64,000 nucleotides of DNA from positions 3,584,001-3,648,000 of the forward strand of contig CBDDPY010000002.1 in the NCBI GenBank assembly GCA_965232515.1, read 5' to 3'. Source of the DNA: Alphaproteobacteria bacterium (lineage in GTDB: Bacteria; Pseudomonadota; Alphaproteobacteria; GCA-2731375). The translations under genes were made by a program, and so were the position numbers. This document shows, piece after piece, positions 33,499 to 42,823 of this stretch. The notes under the pieces are model-generated. The model worked only from the letters and a program-made list of their open reading frames with translations. It did not search any database and was not told the DNA's origin. Each line of letters begins with the position of its first letter. Position 1 is the stretch's first letter.

Positions 33499-33953
33499 CC
33501 GGGCGAACCGCGTGAGATCGCCGCCAGATGCGCCGGCAGTTCATGGACCGGCAGGTTGGTCAGATCCTTGGCGAGCTGGCCGGCGAGCCGGTCGCTGACG
33601 GCCTTCGGCAATTCGTCGCGCAGATCGCCCAACGCCTGCGGCGGCGCCACCAGGATCAACCTGTCGAACGCGCCCCGCTTGGCCGCGGCAGCCAAAAATC
33701 CGGCCAGCTCTTGCGCGAAGCGGCGCTTCTCATGCCGCTTTGGGTCGGTGGGCGGCTGCATGGCGTGCCGCCCCTCGCCGGCGCGGTCGAAGGTGCGGCC
33801 CGGCCGGTCGCTGGCCAGATCGCGGCTGGGCCGGTTGGCGCCGTCGAATTCGCGCACCGGGGTCAGGCCGCCGCCGTCGCCGGGCGGCTCCTGCCGGACA
33901 AGCCGCGCCTTGCTGCCATCCGCGATCAACACCCACGTCGTTCCCTGACGCAT
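33495..33953 (-). CDS. Host attachment protein family (AtsE/baeRF12-like)
   Basis: TWVLIADGSKAR, SDRPGR.F, E..RFA..LA, FDRLILVAPPQALG.LR, KDLT. Confidence 0.85.
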   Translation of the reverse strand: MRQGTTWVLIADGSKARLVRQEPPGDGGGLTPVREFDGANRPSRDLASDRPGRTFDRAGEGRHAMQPPTDPKRHEKRRFAQELAGFLAAAAKRGAFDRLILVAPPQALGDLRDELPKAVSDRLAGQLAKDLTNLPVHELPAHLAAISRGSPG

Positions 33954-34031
33954 CGAACAGGCCTTTCGTCTGGCCGCCGCGCCAACGCGGCGGATCCTCA
34001 CGCCACGCTAGTCCGGTGGACGCGGCCGACG

Positions 34032-34045
34032 TTGACATGGGTCAA
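34032..34045 (-). promoter_or_regulatory. FNR/FixK box upstream of the host-attachment gene
   Basis: TTGAC-ATGG-GTCAA; -10-like TAGCGT on the minus strand at 34010-34005. Confidence 0.7.
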
Positions 34046-34944
34046 ATCCGCCAGGGCGCGGCCAGCGTCTCGGCGACCTCCGCGGCACAATCGGCGAAGC
34101 TTGCGGCAAGCGGCGACGGCGCCCGCCCGGCCGGCCAGATCAAACCGTATTCGTAGGTCAACACCGGCGCCAGCGTCCGTATCTCGATGCCCTGCGGCCG
34201 CAGCGTATTGGCCACGAACGGGTCGATCATGGCGATGCCCAGACCTTCGGCCACGAGCTGGCCGGCCAGCAACATGGACGTGGTCTCGAACTTGACCCGC
34301 GGTTCGACACCGGCCGACAGGAACCGGCCGCGCACGCCAGGCTCGAACAGGCCGAACGGATCGAGGCTGATCAACGGTTCGTCGGCGAGGTCGGTGACGT
34401 GCACGCTTTCCCGCTCCGACAGCCGATGACCGGGCGGCAGCGCGACAACGACCGGAAAGCTGATGAACGGCTCGACATTCAGCGCCGGCTGCTCCACCGG
34501 CATCGCGGCCAGACCGAGATCGAATTGCTGGCCCGCCGTCCAGTGAATCAGTTCCCGCCGGCTGCGCATCGTCAGCGTGACCGCCGCCGTCGGATGCTGC
34601 TGCGAGAAGCGTTTCAGCGCCAGCGGCGCCAGGCCGTGCATCTGCGAGCTGAGCGCGACCAGGCGCAGGCGGGCGAACCGGTCGGTCCGGATTTCCTCGG
34701 CGATCGGCGAGAGCTGGTCGATGCCGGCCAGCAGCGGCTCCACCTCGCGAAAGAAGACCTCGCCGCGCGCGGTGATCTGCAGCCGGCCCCGGCGGCGCTC
34801 GAAAATGGCAAAGCCGATCTCATCTTCGAGCGCGGCGATCAGACGGCTGACGCCGGACTGAGTCAGCTTCATCAGGCCGGCCGCTTCCGTCACCGAACCC
34901 GACTCGATTACGGCCCGCAGCGCCTGCAAGCGCCGGAAGTTCAT
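34042..34944 (-). CDS. LysR-family transcriptional regulator
   Basis: N-terminal HTH (GSVTEAA....TQSGVSR.I..LE..IG..IFER); divergent from the TTT operon. Confidence 0.92.
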   Translation of the reverse strand: MNFRRLQALRAVIESGSVTEAAGLMKLTQSGVSRLIAALEDEIGFAIFERRRGRLQITARGEVFFREVEPLLAGIDQLSPIAEEIRTDRFARLRLVALSSQMHGLAPLALKRFSQQHPTAAVTLTMRSRRELIHWTAGQQFDLGLAAMPVEQPALNVEPFISFPVVVALPPGHRLSERESVHVTDLADEPLISLDPFGLFEPGVRGRFLSAGVEPRVKFETTSMLLAGQLVAEGLGIAMIDPFVANTLRPQGIEIRTLAPVLTYEYGLIWPAGRAPSPLAASFADCAAEVAETLAAPWRI

Positions 34945-34962
34945 GGCTTAAACCTCTAATTC

Positions 34963-34977
34963 ATGAGTTTTACTCAT
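34963..34977. promoter_or_regulatory. LysR-type operator (T-N11-A palindrome)
   Basis: ATGAG-TTTTA-CTCAT in the AT-rich divergent intergenic region. Confidence 0.55.
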
Positions 34978-35105
34978 AGAGTCATCATAACTTGGCATTT
35001 GTCGTCATTACTACCGCTGTTTAGGCTTTCCCGGCCCAATGGGACACCGGCCCAATCCAGGCGCCGATCCGACCCGGCGGCAGCCCACAACAGGGAGCAA
35101 CGACA

Positions 35106-36068
35106 ATGGCAAAACATCGATTTCTGTTGCCCGCCATCCTCGGCGGCTTGGCAGTCATGGCGCTGGGACAGGCAGCGCTCGCCGACAGCTATCCATCGAA
35201 ACCGATCAAGCTGATCGTGCCGTACTCGGCCGGCGGCGGCGGCGACACCACGTCGCGCTTCATCGCCGATATGGCCAGCGACATCATGGGCGTGAACTTC
35301 GTGGTCGAGAACAAGACCGGCGGCGGCGCCACCATCGGCATCGGCGCGGTCGCCAAGTCCAAGCCGGACGGCTACACCATCGGCTTCATCTCGACCAGCC
35401 CGATCACCATCCGCACGCACATGATGAAGGCGCCCTACGATCCGCTGACCGATCTGACCTATATCGGCCAGTTCGTCTCCAGCCCGGTGCCCGTCGTCGT
35501 GCGCGCCGACAGCGACTGGCAGACGCTGGACGACCTGATGGCCTTCGCCAAGGCCAATCCCGGCGGCCTGCGCTGGTCGGCGGCCGTGCAGCGCGGCGGC
35601 CCGCACGTCGCCGTGCAGGCGGCCTTCGCCCAGGAGGGCGCGCAAACCACGTTCATCCCATCGAAAGGCGGCGCCAAGGCGCTCGCCGCATTGCTGGGCA
35701 AAACCATCGACATGGCCGCGATCACCGATTTCGCGGCACCGCTCGCCGACGGCAAGGTGCGGCTGCTGGCCGAGACCACGCCGAACCGCAATCCGGCCGC
35801 GCCCGACATGCCGACGCTGACCGAAGCCGGCTATCCGCTGGCCCCGGCAATCTTCTTCGGCCTCGCCGGACCGGCCGGCCTGCCCAAGGACGTCACCGAA
35901 AAGTGGGACACCGTGCTGGCCGAGATCGTCGCCTCGGCGAAGTTCCAGGACCTGCTGCAAAAGCTGAAGGCGACACCGAAGTTCGCCAACTCGGCCGATT
36001 TCACCAAGACCGTGCACGCCGATTACAAGGCCGCCGGCGAGGTGTTGTCGAAGATCGATCTGAATTGA
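35106..36068 (+). CDS. tctC: Tripartite tricarboxylate transporter substrate-binding protein (Bug/TctC)
   Basis: Signal peptide, YPSKPIKLIVPYSAGGGGD, VENKTGGG, KPDGYT. Confidence 0.9.
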   Translation: MAKHRFLLPAILGGLAVMALGQAALADSYPSKPIKLIVPYSAGGGGDTTSRFIADMASDIMGVNFVVENKTGGGATIGIGAVAKSKPDGYTIGFISTSPITIRTHMMKAPYDPLTDLTYIGQFVSSPVPVVVRADSDWQTLDDLMAFAKANPGGLRWSAAVQRGGPHVAVQAAFAQEGAQTTFIPSKGGAKALAALLGKTIDMAAITDFAAPLADGKVRLLAETTPNRNPAAPDMPTLTEAGYPLAPAIFFGLAGPAGLPKDVTEKWDTVLAEIVASAKFQDLLQKLKATPKFANSADFTKTVHADYKAAGEVLSKIDLN

Positions 36069-36105
36069 TCGGTCCGGCAAGACGGATAGCGAGCTGATTC
36101 CGGCG

Positions 36106-36621
36106 ATGTTGGCAACGCCGCGGCATCGGGAGGCGCTGCTGCTGATGGCGCTGCTGGCGGGCGTCGCCGGAATCGTGCTCTGGGTCGTGCCGGCCAGCGT
36201 CGAGGACCCCCAAGGCTTCGGCTACGCCCAGGGCCTGCCGCCCAGCTTCACGGTCTACCTGGTTGCCCTGCTCGGTGGCGCCGTGATGCTGGTGCGGCTG
36301 CTTCGCTTATGGCTGAACCCAGGCCTCGCCGTCGTCGAGGTCGACGCGAACGAGCGAGGCATCGGCCCACAAGCGCTGTCGGTCATCGGCGTCTGCCTGC
36401 TGTTCGCCCTTCTGCTCGTTCCGGGCCTCGGCTTCTATCCGTCGAGCCTGCTGTTCATCGTCGTGGCGTCGCTGATCCTGGGCGAGCGCCGGCCGGTCTT
36501 TCTGACGGCGCCGCCGGTGCTTGTGACCGGCGGGCTGTTCCTGGCCTTCGAGTACGGCTTCAACATCTTTCTCCCGCGCGGGCACTGGATCGAACCGTTG
36601 CTCGCGAACCTCGGCGGCTGA
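36106..36621 (+). CDS. tctB: TTT small membrane subunit (TctB)
   Basis: 4-5 TM segments, C-terminal F...LP.G, located between tctC and tctA. Confidence 0.75.
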   Translation: MLATPRHREALLLMALLAGVAGIVLWVVPASVEDPQGFGYAQGLPPSFTVYLVALLGGAVMLVRLLRLWLNPGLAVVEVDANERGIGPQALSVIGVCLLFALLLVPGLGFYPSSLLFIVVASLILGERRPVFLTAPPVLVTGGLFLAFEYGFNIFLPRGHWIEPLLANLGG

Positions 36622-36630
36622 GGACGCGGC

Positions 36631-38178
36631 ATGGACAGCATCATCGGCGGCATGCTGCTGGCGGCCTCGCCCGAGGCGCTGATTGCCGTCTTCGTCGGCC
36701 TGATCGCCGGCCAGATCCTGGGCGCGGTGCCTGGTCTGACGGCGTCCATGGCCGTCGCCCTGCTGGTGCCTTACACCTATTACCTCGATCCCTGGATCGG
36801 CATTCCCATGCTGCTCGGCATGTTCAAGGGATCGCTGTTCGGCAGCAGCATTACCGCCATCCTGGTCAAGACTCCCGGCGCGCCCGCCGCCGCCGCGACC
36901 GTGCTCGACGGCTATCCGTTGGCGCAGCAGGGCAAGGGCGGCAAGGCCATGAAAATGGCGCTCTATTCCTCGGTGTTCGGCGACGCCTTCAGCGACATCT
37001 GCCTGATCCTGGCCGCCGGTTCGCTCGCCGCCATCGCGCTGCATTTCGGGCCGCCGGAATACATGCTGCTGACCGCCTTCTCGCTGGTCACGCTCAGCGC
37101 ACTCTCCGGCCGCTCGCTGTGGAAGGGCCTGGTCGCCGTGCTGCTGGGCATGGGCATCGGCATGATCGGGCTCGACCCCATCGCCGCGACGCCGCGGCTG
37201 ACCTTCGGCAGCCTGGAGCTGGAGGAAGGCATCGGCCTGATCCCCATGCTGATCGGCATGCTGGCGGTCTCCGAAGCTCTGCGCCAGATGGAGCAGCCGC
37301 TGCACAAGCTCGCCCGGCAGACGGTCTCGTTCTCCGCCAAGCGGGCCGACAACCGGATCTCCTGGCCCGAGTTTCGCCGCTGCCTGCCGACGCTGGCGAA
37401 GTCGTCGGGCATGGGCACGCTGATCGGCGCCATGCCGGGCCTCGGCGCCACCGTGGCCGCGTTCCTGGCCTATGGCGAAGCCAAGCGCGCCTCGAAACAG
37501 CCGGAAAACTTCGGCAAGGGTGAAATCGAGGGCGTGGCCGCGGCCGAAGCCGCCAACAACGCCGTCTCCGGCTCGAACATGATTCCGCTGCTGGCCTTCG
37601 GCATTCCGGGCGACATCGCGGCGGCGCTGATCATGGGCGCCTTCCTGATCCAGGGCATCACGCTGGGGCCGGTTGTGTTCCAGGAAAACCCGATCGAGAT
37701 CTATGCCATCTTCACCGCCCTGCTGATCGCCAACTTCTTTAACCTGATCCTCGGCCACGGCCTGATCCGCATGGCCCGGCGCGTCGTCGCCGTGCCCAAG
37801 CGGCTGCTGTTTCCGGCCGTGCTGGTCATTGCGTCGGCCGGCGCTTATGCGCTGCGCGGCTCGGTGTTCGACATCCAGCTGGTGTTTCTGTTCGGCCTGC
37901 TGGGCTACGCTATGGGCAAGCTGGCGATCCCCACGGTGCCGCTGCTGATCGGCTTCATCCTGATGCCGATCCTCGAGGAGAACTTCCGCATCACGTTGCT
38001 GCTGGCCTCGTCGCATGACCTCAATCTCGGCTTCGTTCTGCAACGGCCGGCGTTTCTCAGCCTGCTGGCGATCATGGGCTTGGCCGGATTCCTGCTGATT
38101 CGCCGACGACGAGCCTTCCGCATGGCCGGCGCGCCAACGCTCGCGACCCGACCGCAAACCGAAAAGGCAGAGCCATGA
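36631..38178 (+). CDS. tctA: TTT large membrane subunit (TctA)
   Basis: GAVPGLT..MA.ALL, TPG.PAA.AT.LDGYP, EGVAAAEAANNA, GIPG. Confidence 0.92.
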   Translation: MDSIIGGMLLAASPEALIAVFVGLIAGQILGAVPGLTASMAVALLVPYTYYLDPWIGIPMLLGMFKGSLFGSSITAILVKTPGAPAAAATVLDGYPLAQQGKGGKAMKMALYSSVFGDAFSDICLILAAGSLAAIALHFGPPEYMLLTAFSLVTLSALSGRSLWKGLVAVLLGMGIGMIGLDPIAATPRLTFGSLELEEGIGLIPMLIGMLAVSEALRQMEQPLHKLARQTVSFSAKRADNRISWPEFRRCLPTLAKSSGMGTLIGAMPGLGATVAAFLAYGEAKRASKQPENFGKGEIEGVAAAEAANNAVSGSNMIPLLAFGIPGDIAAALIMGAFLIQGITLGPVVFQENPIEIYAIFTALLIANFFNLILGHGLIRMARRVVAVPKRLLFPAVLVIASAGAYALRGSVFDIQLVFLFGLLGYAMGKLAIPTVPLLIGFILMPILEENFRITLLLASSHDLNLGFVLQRPAFLSLLAIMGLAGFLLIRRRRAFRMAGAPTLATRPQTEKAEP

Positions 38179-39119
38179 ACCACGGTCCCGCCGACCCGCG
38201 CGCCAAGATCAAGTCCGTCACGCTGAACGGCCAACGCGTGCCGCTGGCCGAGGCCAAGATTTCGGTGATGGCCCCGGGCCTGACCTACGCCGCGACGGTA
38301 TTCGAGGGCATCCGCGCCTACTGGAACGCCACGGCCGATCAGCTCTGGCTGTTTCGCCTCGACGAGCATATCGAACGGTTCGTCAATTCCATGCGCCTGT
38401 TGCGCTTCGACGACCCGCCGTCCTTCGAGGCCGTCCGCCGACAGGTCATCGACGACGTCGCCGCCAACGGCTATCGCGAGGACACCTATGTGCGCCTGCA
38501 GGCCTATATCGACGAGTGGGGCGATATGACGGCGACCGGCCCGGTCGGCATGGCGATCATTTCGCGGCCGCGGCCGCGCGTGCCGGCCTTCGAGACCGGA
38601 CGCGACTTCGGCGTCAGCTCGTGGCGGCGCCTCGCCGACAACGCCAGTCCGCCGCGCGTCAAGGCGACGGCGAACTATCTGAACGGCCGGCTCGCCGGTC
38701 TCGACGCCAAGGCCGCCGGCTATGACGGCGCCATCCTGCTGACCGAGCGCGGCACGGTCAGCGAGGGCCCCGGCGGCTGCATCTTCATCGTTCGCGACGG
38801 CATGCTGATCACGCCCAACGTCACCAGCGGCATTCTCGAGAGCGTTACGCGCGACACGCTGATCCTGCTCGCCCGCGCCAACGGCCTCGTCTGCGTCGAA
38901 CGAGAGATCGACCGCACCGAGCTCTACATCGCCGACGAGGGCTTCTATTGCGGCACTGGCCAGGAGATCGTGCCGATGCTGAGTGTCGACCGGCTGCCGG
39001 TCGGCGACGGCCGTCCGGGGCCAATCACCCGGCGGCTGCAGGCACTCTATGATGACGTGGTGCGCGGCCGGTCCGACGGTCATATGGACTGGCGCACGGC
39101 GGTTTACGAAACGGTATAG
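38175..39119 (+). CDS. Class IV PLP aminotransferase (IlvE/BCAT-like)
   Basis: VFEGIRAY, LFRLDEH..R, RVKATANY, EGPG, GILE.VTR, CGTGQEI. Confidence 0.88.
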   Translation: MNHGPADPRAKIKSVTLNGQRVPLAEAKISVMAPGLTYAATVFEGIRAYWNATADQLWLFRLDEHIERFVNSMRLLRFDDPPSFEAVRRQVIDDVAANGYREDTYVRLQAYIDEWGDMTATGPVGMAIISRPRPRVPAFETGRDFGVSSWRRLADNASPPRVKATANYLNGRLAGLDAKAAGYDGAILLTERGTVSEGPGGCIFIVRDGMLITPNVTSGILESVTRDTLILLARANGLVCVEREIDRTELYIADEGFYCGTGQEIVPMLSVDRLPVGDGRPGPITRRLQALYDDVVRGRSDGHMDWRTAVYETV

Positions 39120-39131
39120 CGGGGGCGACGA

Positions 39132-40748
39132 ATGACGGACATCAGCCCGGTCCGACTGGGCCTGATCTGGCAACGGCTGAACGGCATGATCGACGAGGTC
39201 GCCGAGAGCTTCATCCGCACCTCGTTCTCCTCGGTGGTGCGCGAGAACTCGGACATGGCGTTCAGCCTGCTGGATCGGCAGGGCCGCCAATTCATCCAGA
39301 CACGGCGCAGCATCCCGTCCTTCATCGGCACGCTGCCGCGCACGCTGCAGGCGATCCTCGAGATCTATCCCGAGGACACGCTGCAACCGGGCGACGTGCT
39401 TATCTCGAACGATTCCTGGCTCGGCACCGGCCATCTGAACGACATCACCATGGTGCACCCGATCTTTCGCCATGGCCGCATCGTCGCCTTTGCCGGCAGC
39501 ACGGCGCACACGGTCGATATCGGCGGTGCGCCCTCGCCGACCGCCAAGGATTGTTACGAGGAAGGTCTCTGCATCCCGGTCTGCAAGATTGTCGAGGCCG
39601 GCGTCGAGAACCGGACCGTTGTCGCCTTTCTGCAGGAGAACCTGCGCGAGCCGGACGAGACGCTGGGCGACATCCGGGCCCAGTTCGCGGCCTACCGCAT
39701 GGCGACCGAGAAGCTGTTCCAGCTGCTCGACGACGAAGGCATCGAGGACCTGGACGCGGTGATCGCCGAGATCCTGTCGCGCTCGGAGGCCAGCATGCGC
39801 CGAACCATCGCCGACCTGCCCGACGGCGAATTCACCGACGAGATGACCGTCGACGGCTTCGATCACCCGCTGACCGTGAAATGCACGATCCGCATATCAG
39901 GAGACGAGATCGCCGTCGATTTCGCCGGCACCTCGCCGCAGATCGACCGTCCGGTGAACTGCGTCATGAACTACACCTATGCCTACGCCTGCTATGCGCT
40001 GAAATGCGCGCTCGACCCGACGGCGCCGAACAACGATGGCTCGTTCCGGCCGATCGCGGTGACGGCGCCCGACGGCTGTCTGCTGAACGCCCGACGGCCG
40101 GCGCCGGTCTGGGGCCGGCACCTGTCGGGCCACTACGTGCCGCCGGCGGTGTTCGGCGCGCTGGCCCGGGTGGTGCCGGACCGGGTCGCGGCCGAGTCCG
40201 GCTCGCCGCTGTGGAACGTCTATTTCAAGGGCCGCGACGAAGCCACCGGCAAGCCGTTCGTGAAGATGTTCTTCATGAACGGCGGGCACGGCGCCCGGCC
40301 CAACAGCGACGGTCCGGGCTGTCTCAGCTTCCCCAGTAACGTCTCGAACCAGCCGATCGAGCAGTTCGAGAACCAGGTGCCGCTGCTGGTCACCGAGAAG
40401 GCCTTCGTGCCCGGCACCGGCGGCGCCGGCCGCTTCCGTGGCGGGCCGGCGCAGCGGCTCTCGTTCAAGTCCGTCGCCGACAGCCCGATCACCATGACCA
40501 TCCGACACGAGCGCATTGTCTATCCGCCGCGCGGCCTCCTGGGCGGCGGGCCCGGCAGCCCCGGCCTCGATCTCGTCAACGGCGAGAAGATACCGGCCAA
40601 GGCGCAGGTCGCGCTCCAGCCGGGCGACGTCGCCACGTTCCAGACGCCGGGCGGCGGCGGCATGGGGCCGGCCGCCGATCGCCCGCCGGATCTGGCCGCG
40701 GCCGACCTGGCCGCCGGTCTCGTCACCCCGGACGGCGCGGCGTCATGA
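39132..40748 (+). CDS. Hydantoinase B/oxoprolinase-family subunit
   Basis: IRTSFSSVVRE..D, ND.W.GTGHLND, H.VDIGG, EEGL.IP, GAGRFRGG. Confidence 0.9.
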   Translation: MTDISPVRLGLIWQRLNGMIDEVAESFIRTSFSSVVRENSDMAFSLLDRQGRQFIQTRRSIPSFIGTLPRTLQAILEIYPEDTLQPGDVLISNDSWLGTGHLNDITMVHPIFRHGRIVAFAGSTAHTVDIGGAPSPTAKDCYEEGLCIPVCKIVEAGVENRTVVAFLQENLREPDETLGDIRAQFAAYRMATEKLFQLLDDEGIEDLDAVIAEILSRSEASMRRTIADLPDGEFTDEMTVDGFDHPLTVKCTIRISGDEIAVDFAGTSPQIDRPVNCVMNYTYAYACYALKCALDPTAPNNDGSFRPIAVTAPDGCLLNARRPAPVWGRHLSGHYVPPAVFGALARVVPDRVAAESGSPLWNVYFKGRDEATGKPFVKMFFMNGGHGARPNSDGPGCLSFPSNVSNQPIEQFENQVPLLVTEKAFVPGTGGAGRFRGGPAQRLSFKSVADSPITMTIRHERIVYPPRGLLGGGPGSPGLDLVNGEKIPAKAQVALQPGDVATFQTPGGGGMGPAADRPPDLAAADLAAGLVTPDGAAS

Positions 40749-42823
40749 GCGAGGCGACCTATCGTATCGGCGTCGACATCGGCGGCACGTTCACCGACCT
40801 GGTGCTGCTTAACCAGGCGACCGGCGACTTGAAGAACGGCAAGGTGCTGACCACGCCGGACGATCCGTCGCGCGCCGTGCTCGACGGTATCCGCCGCCTG
40901 CTGCGGCAGCACGACGTGGCGCCGGCCGCCGTCGGCAACGTTATCCACGGCACGACGCTGGTGGCGAACGCGCTGATCGAGCGCAAGGGCGTGAAGACGG
41001 CGTTGATCACCACATCGGGCTTCCGCGACGTGCTGGAGATCGGCCGCGAGTGGCGCTACGACCTGTTCGACCTGCAACTCGAGATGCCGCCGCCGCTGGT
41101 GTCCCGGCAGAACCGTTTCGAGTTGGCCGAGCGTATGGCGCCGAACGGCGACGTGATCACGCCGCTTGACGATGAGGCCGTTGTCATCCTGGCACGGGAA
41201 ATGGCGGACAGCGATATCGCGGCCGTTGCCGTTGTCTTCCTGCACGCCTTCAAGAATCCCGCCCACGAGCGCCGGGTAAAGGCAATCTTCGCCGAGCACG
41301 CGCCCGGCCTGAACGTCTGCCTGTCGAGCGACGTCAGCCCCGAGATCGGCGAGTACGAGCGCAGCTCGACGGCCGTCGCCAACGCCTATGTGCAGCCGCT
41401 GTTCCGGCGCTACGTCGCCGACCTCGCCGCCGGCATCCATGATCTCGGCATCGCCCGCGATCTGTTCCTGATGCTGTCCGACGGCGGCACCGTGCACCAA
41501 AGCGCCGCCGTCGAATACCCGATCCGGCTGGTGCAGTCGGGCCCGGCCGGCGGCGCCCAGGCGGCCAGCCTCTACGGCCGGTTGGCCGGCGAGAGCGAGC
41601 TGCTCTGCTTCGACATGGGCGGCACCACGGCCAAGGCCTGCCTGATCGAGCAGGGCCGGCCGAGCCGCACCACCAGCTTCGAGGTGGCGCGCATGTTCCG
41701 CTTCGCCAAGGGCAGTGGCCTGCCGCTGCAGGTGCCGGTGGTCGACATGATCGAGATCGGCGCCGGCGGCGGCAGTATCGCCCGGCTCGACAAGATGGGC
41801 CTGATCCAGGTCGGCCCGGACAGCGCCAGCTCGGACCCTGGCCCGGCCTGTTATGGCCTGGGCGGCACCGAGCCGACCGTCACCGACGCCGATCTGCTGC
41901 TCGGCTACCTCGATGCCGACAGTTTTCTGGGCGGCGACATGCCCCTCGATGCCACGAAGGCCATGGCGGCGATCCGGGAGCGCATCGCCGAGCCGCTTGG
42001 CATTTCCGCCATCGACGCGGCCTGGGGCATCCACGAAACGGTCACCGAAAACATGGCTCAGGCCGCGACCATCCACGCGCTGGAAAAGGGCCGCAAGGTC
42101 GAGGGCTATCGCCTGGTGCCGATCGGCGGCGCCGGCCCCGTGCATGCCTGCAGCCTGGCGGCGAAGATGGGCATCGGCCGGCTGATCTGCCCCGCCGGCG
42201 CCGGGGTCGCCTCGGCGCTGGGGCTGCTCGCCTCGCCAACGGCCTTCGAGTTCGTGCAGGCAGACATGCAGCCGCTCGCGGGCCTGGATTTCGCCCGCGT
42301 CGACGCCATGGTCCGGGATCTCGCGGCGCGCGGCCACGAGCTGCTGGCGGCTTCGGGCGTCGCCGACGCGGACATGGCCGCCGAATACAGCGCCCTCATG
42401 CGCTATGTCGGCCAGGGCTATGAAGTCGAGGTGCCGGTCGATCTCGACACCATCGCCGCCGCCGACCGCACGGCGATCGAGAATCGCTTCGCCAAGGTCT
42501 ATCGCGATCTCTACGGCCGGAACGAGAACATGGCGCCGGAGGTCATCTCATGGCGCGTCGTCGTTTCCGGTCCGACGCCCGACCTGTCGCTCTCGGCATC
42601 GGCAACCGCCGCGGGACCGGCGAGCAAGGGCGAGCGGCAGGTCTACTTCGCCGAAACCGGCGGCTTCGCGCCGACGCCGGTCTACGCCCGCGACAGCCTG
42701 TCCGCAACGGACACGCTCACCGGCCCGGCCATCGTGGAAGAGCGCGAATCGACGCTCGTCGTGCCGCCGGGCTGGACCGTCCGCCTGCACGCCAGCGGCA
42801 GCCTGATCCTGGACCGGTCATGA
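40745..42823 (+). CDS. Hydantoinase A/oxoprolinase-family ATP-binding subunit
   Basis: IGVDIGGTFTD, HGTT, SGPAGG, FDMGGTTAK, IGAGGGS, PGPACYG. Confidence 0.92.
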   Translation: MSEATYRIGVDIGGTFTDLVLLNQATGDLKNGKVLTTPDDPSRAVLDGIRRLLRQHDVAPAAVGNVIHGTTLVANALIERKGVKTALITTSGFRDVLEIGREWRYDLFDLQLEMPPPLVSRQNRFELAERMAPNGDVITPLDDEAVVILAREMADSDIAAVAVVFLHAFKNPAHERRVKAIFAEHAPGLNVCLSSDVSPEIGEYERSSTAVANAYVQPLFRRYVADLAAGIHDLGIARDLFLMLSDGGTVHQSAAVEYPIRLVQSGPAGGAQAASLYGRLAGESELLCFDMGGTTAKACLIEQGRPSRTTSFEVARMFRFAKGSGLPLQVPVVDMIEIGAGGGSIARLDKMGLIQVGPDSASSDPGPACYGLGGTEPTVTDADLLLGYLDADSFLGGDMPLDATKAMAAIRERIAEPLGISAIDAAWGIHETVTENMAQAATIHALEKGRKVEGYRLVPIGGAGPVHACSLAAKMGIGRLICPAGAGVASALGLLASPTAFEFVQADMQPLAGLDFARVDAMVRDLAARGHELLAASGVADADMAAEYSALMRYVGQGYEVEVPVDLDTIAAADRTAIENRFAKVYRDLYGRNENMAPEVISWRVVVSGPTPDLSLSASATAAGPASKGERQVYFAETGGFAPTPVYARDSLSATDTLTGPAIVEERESTLVVPPGWTVRLHASGSLILDRS

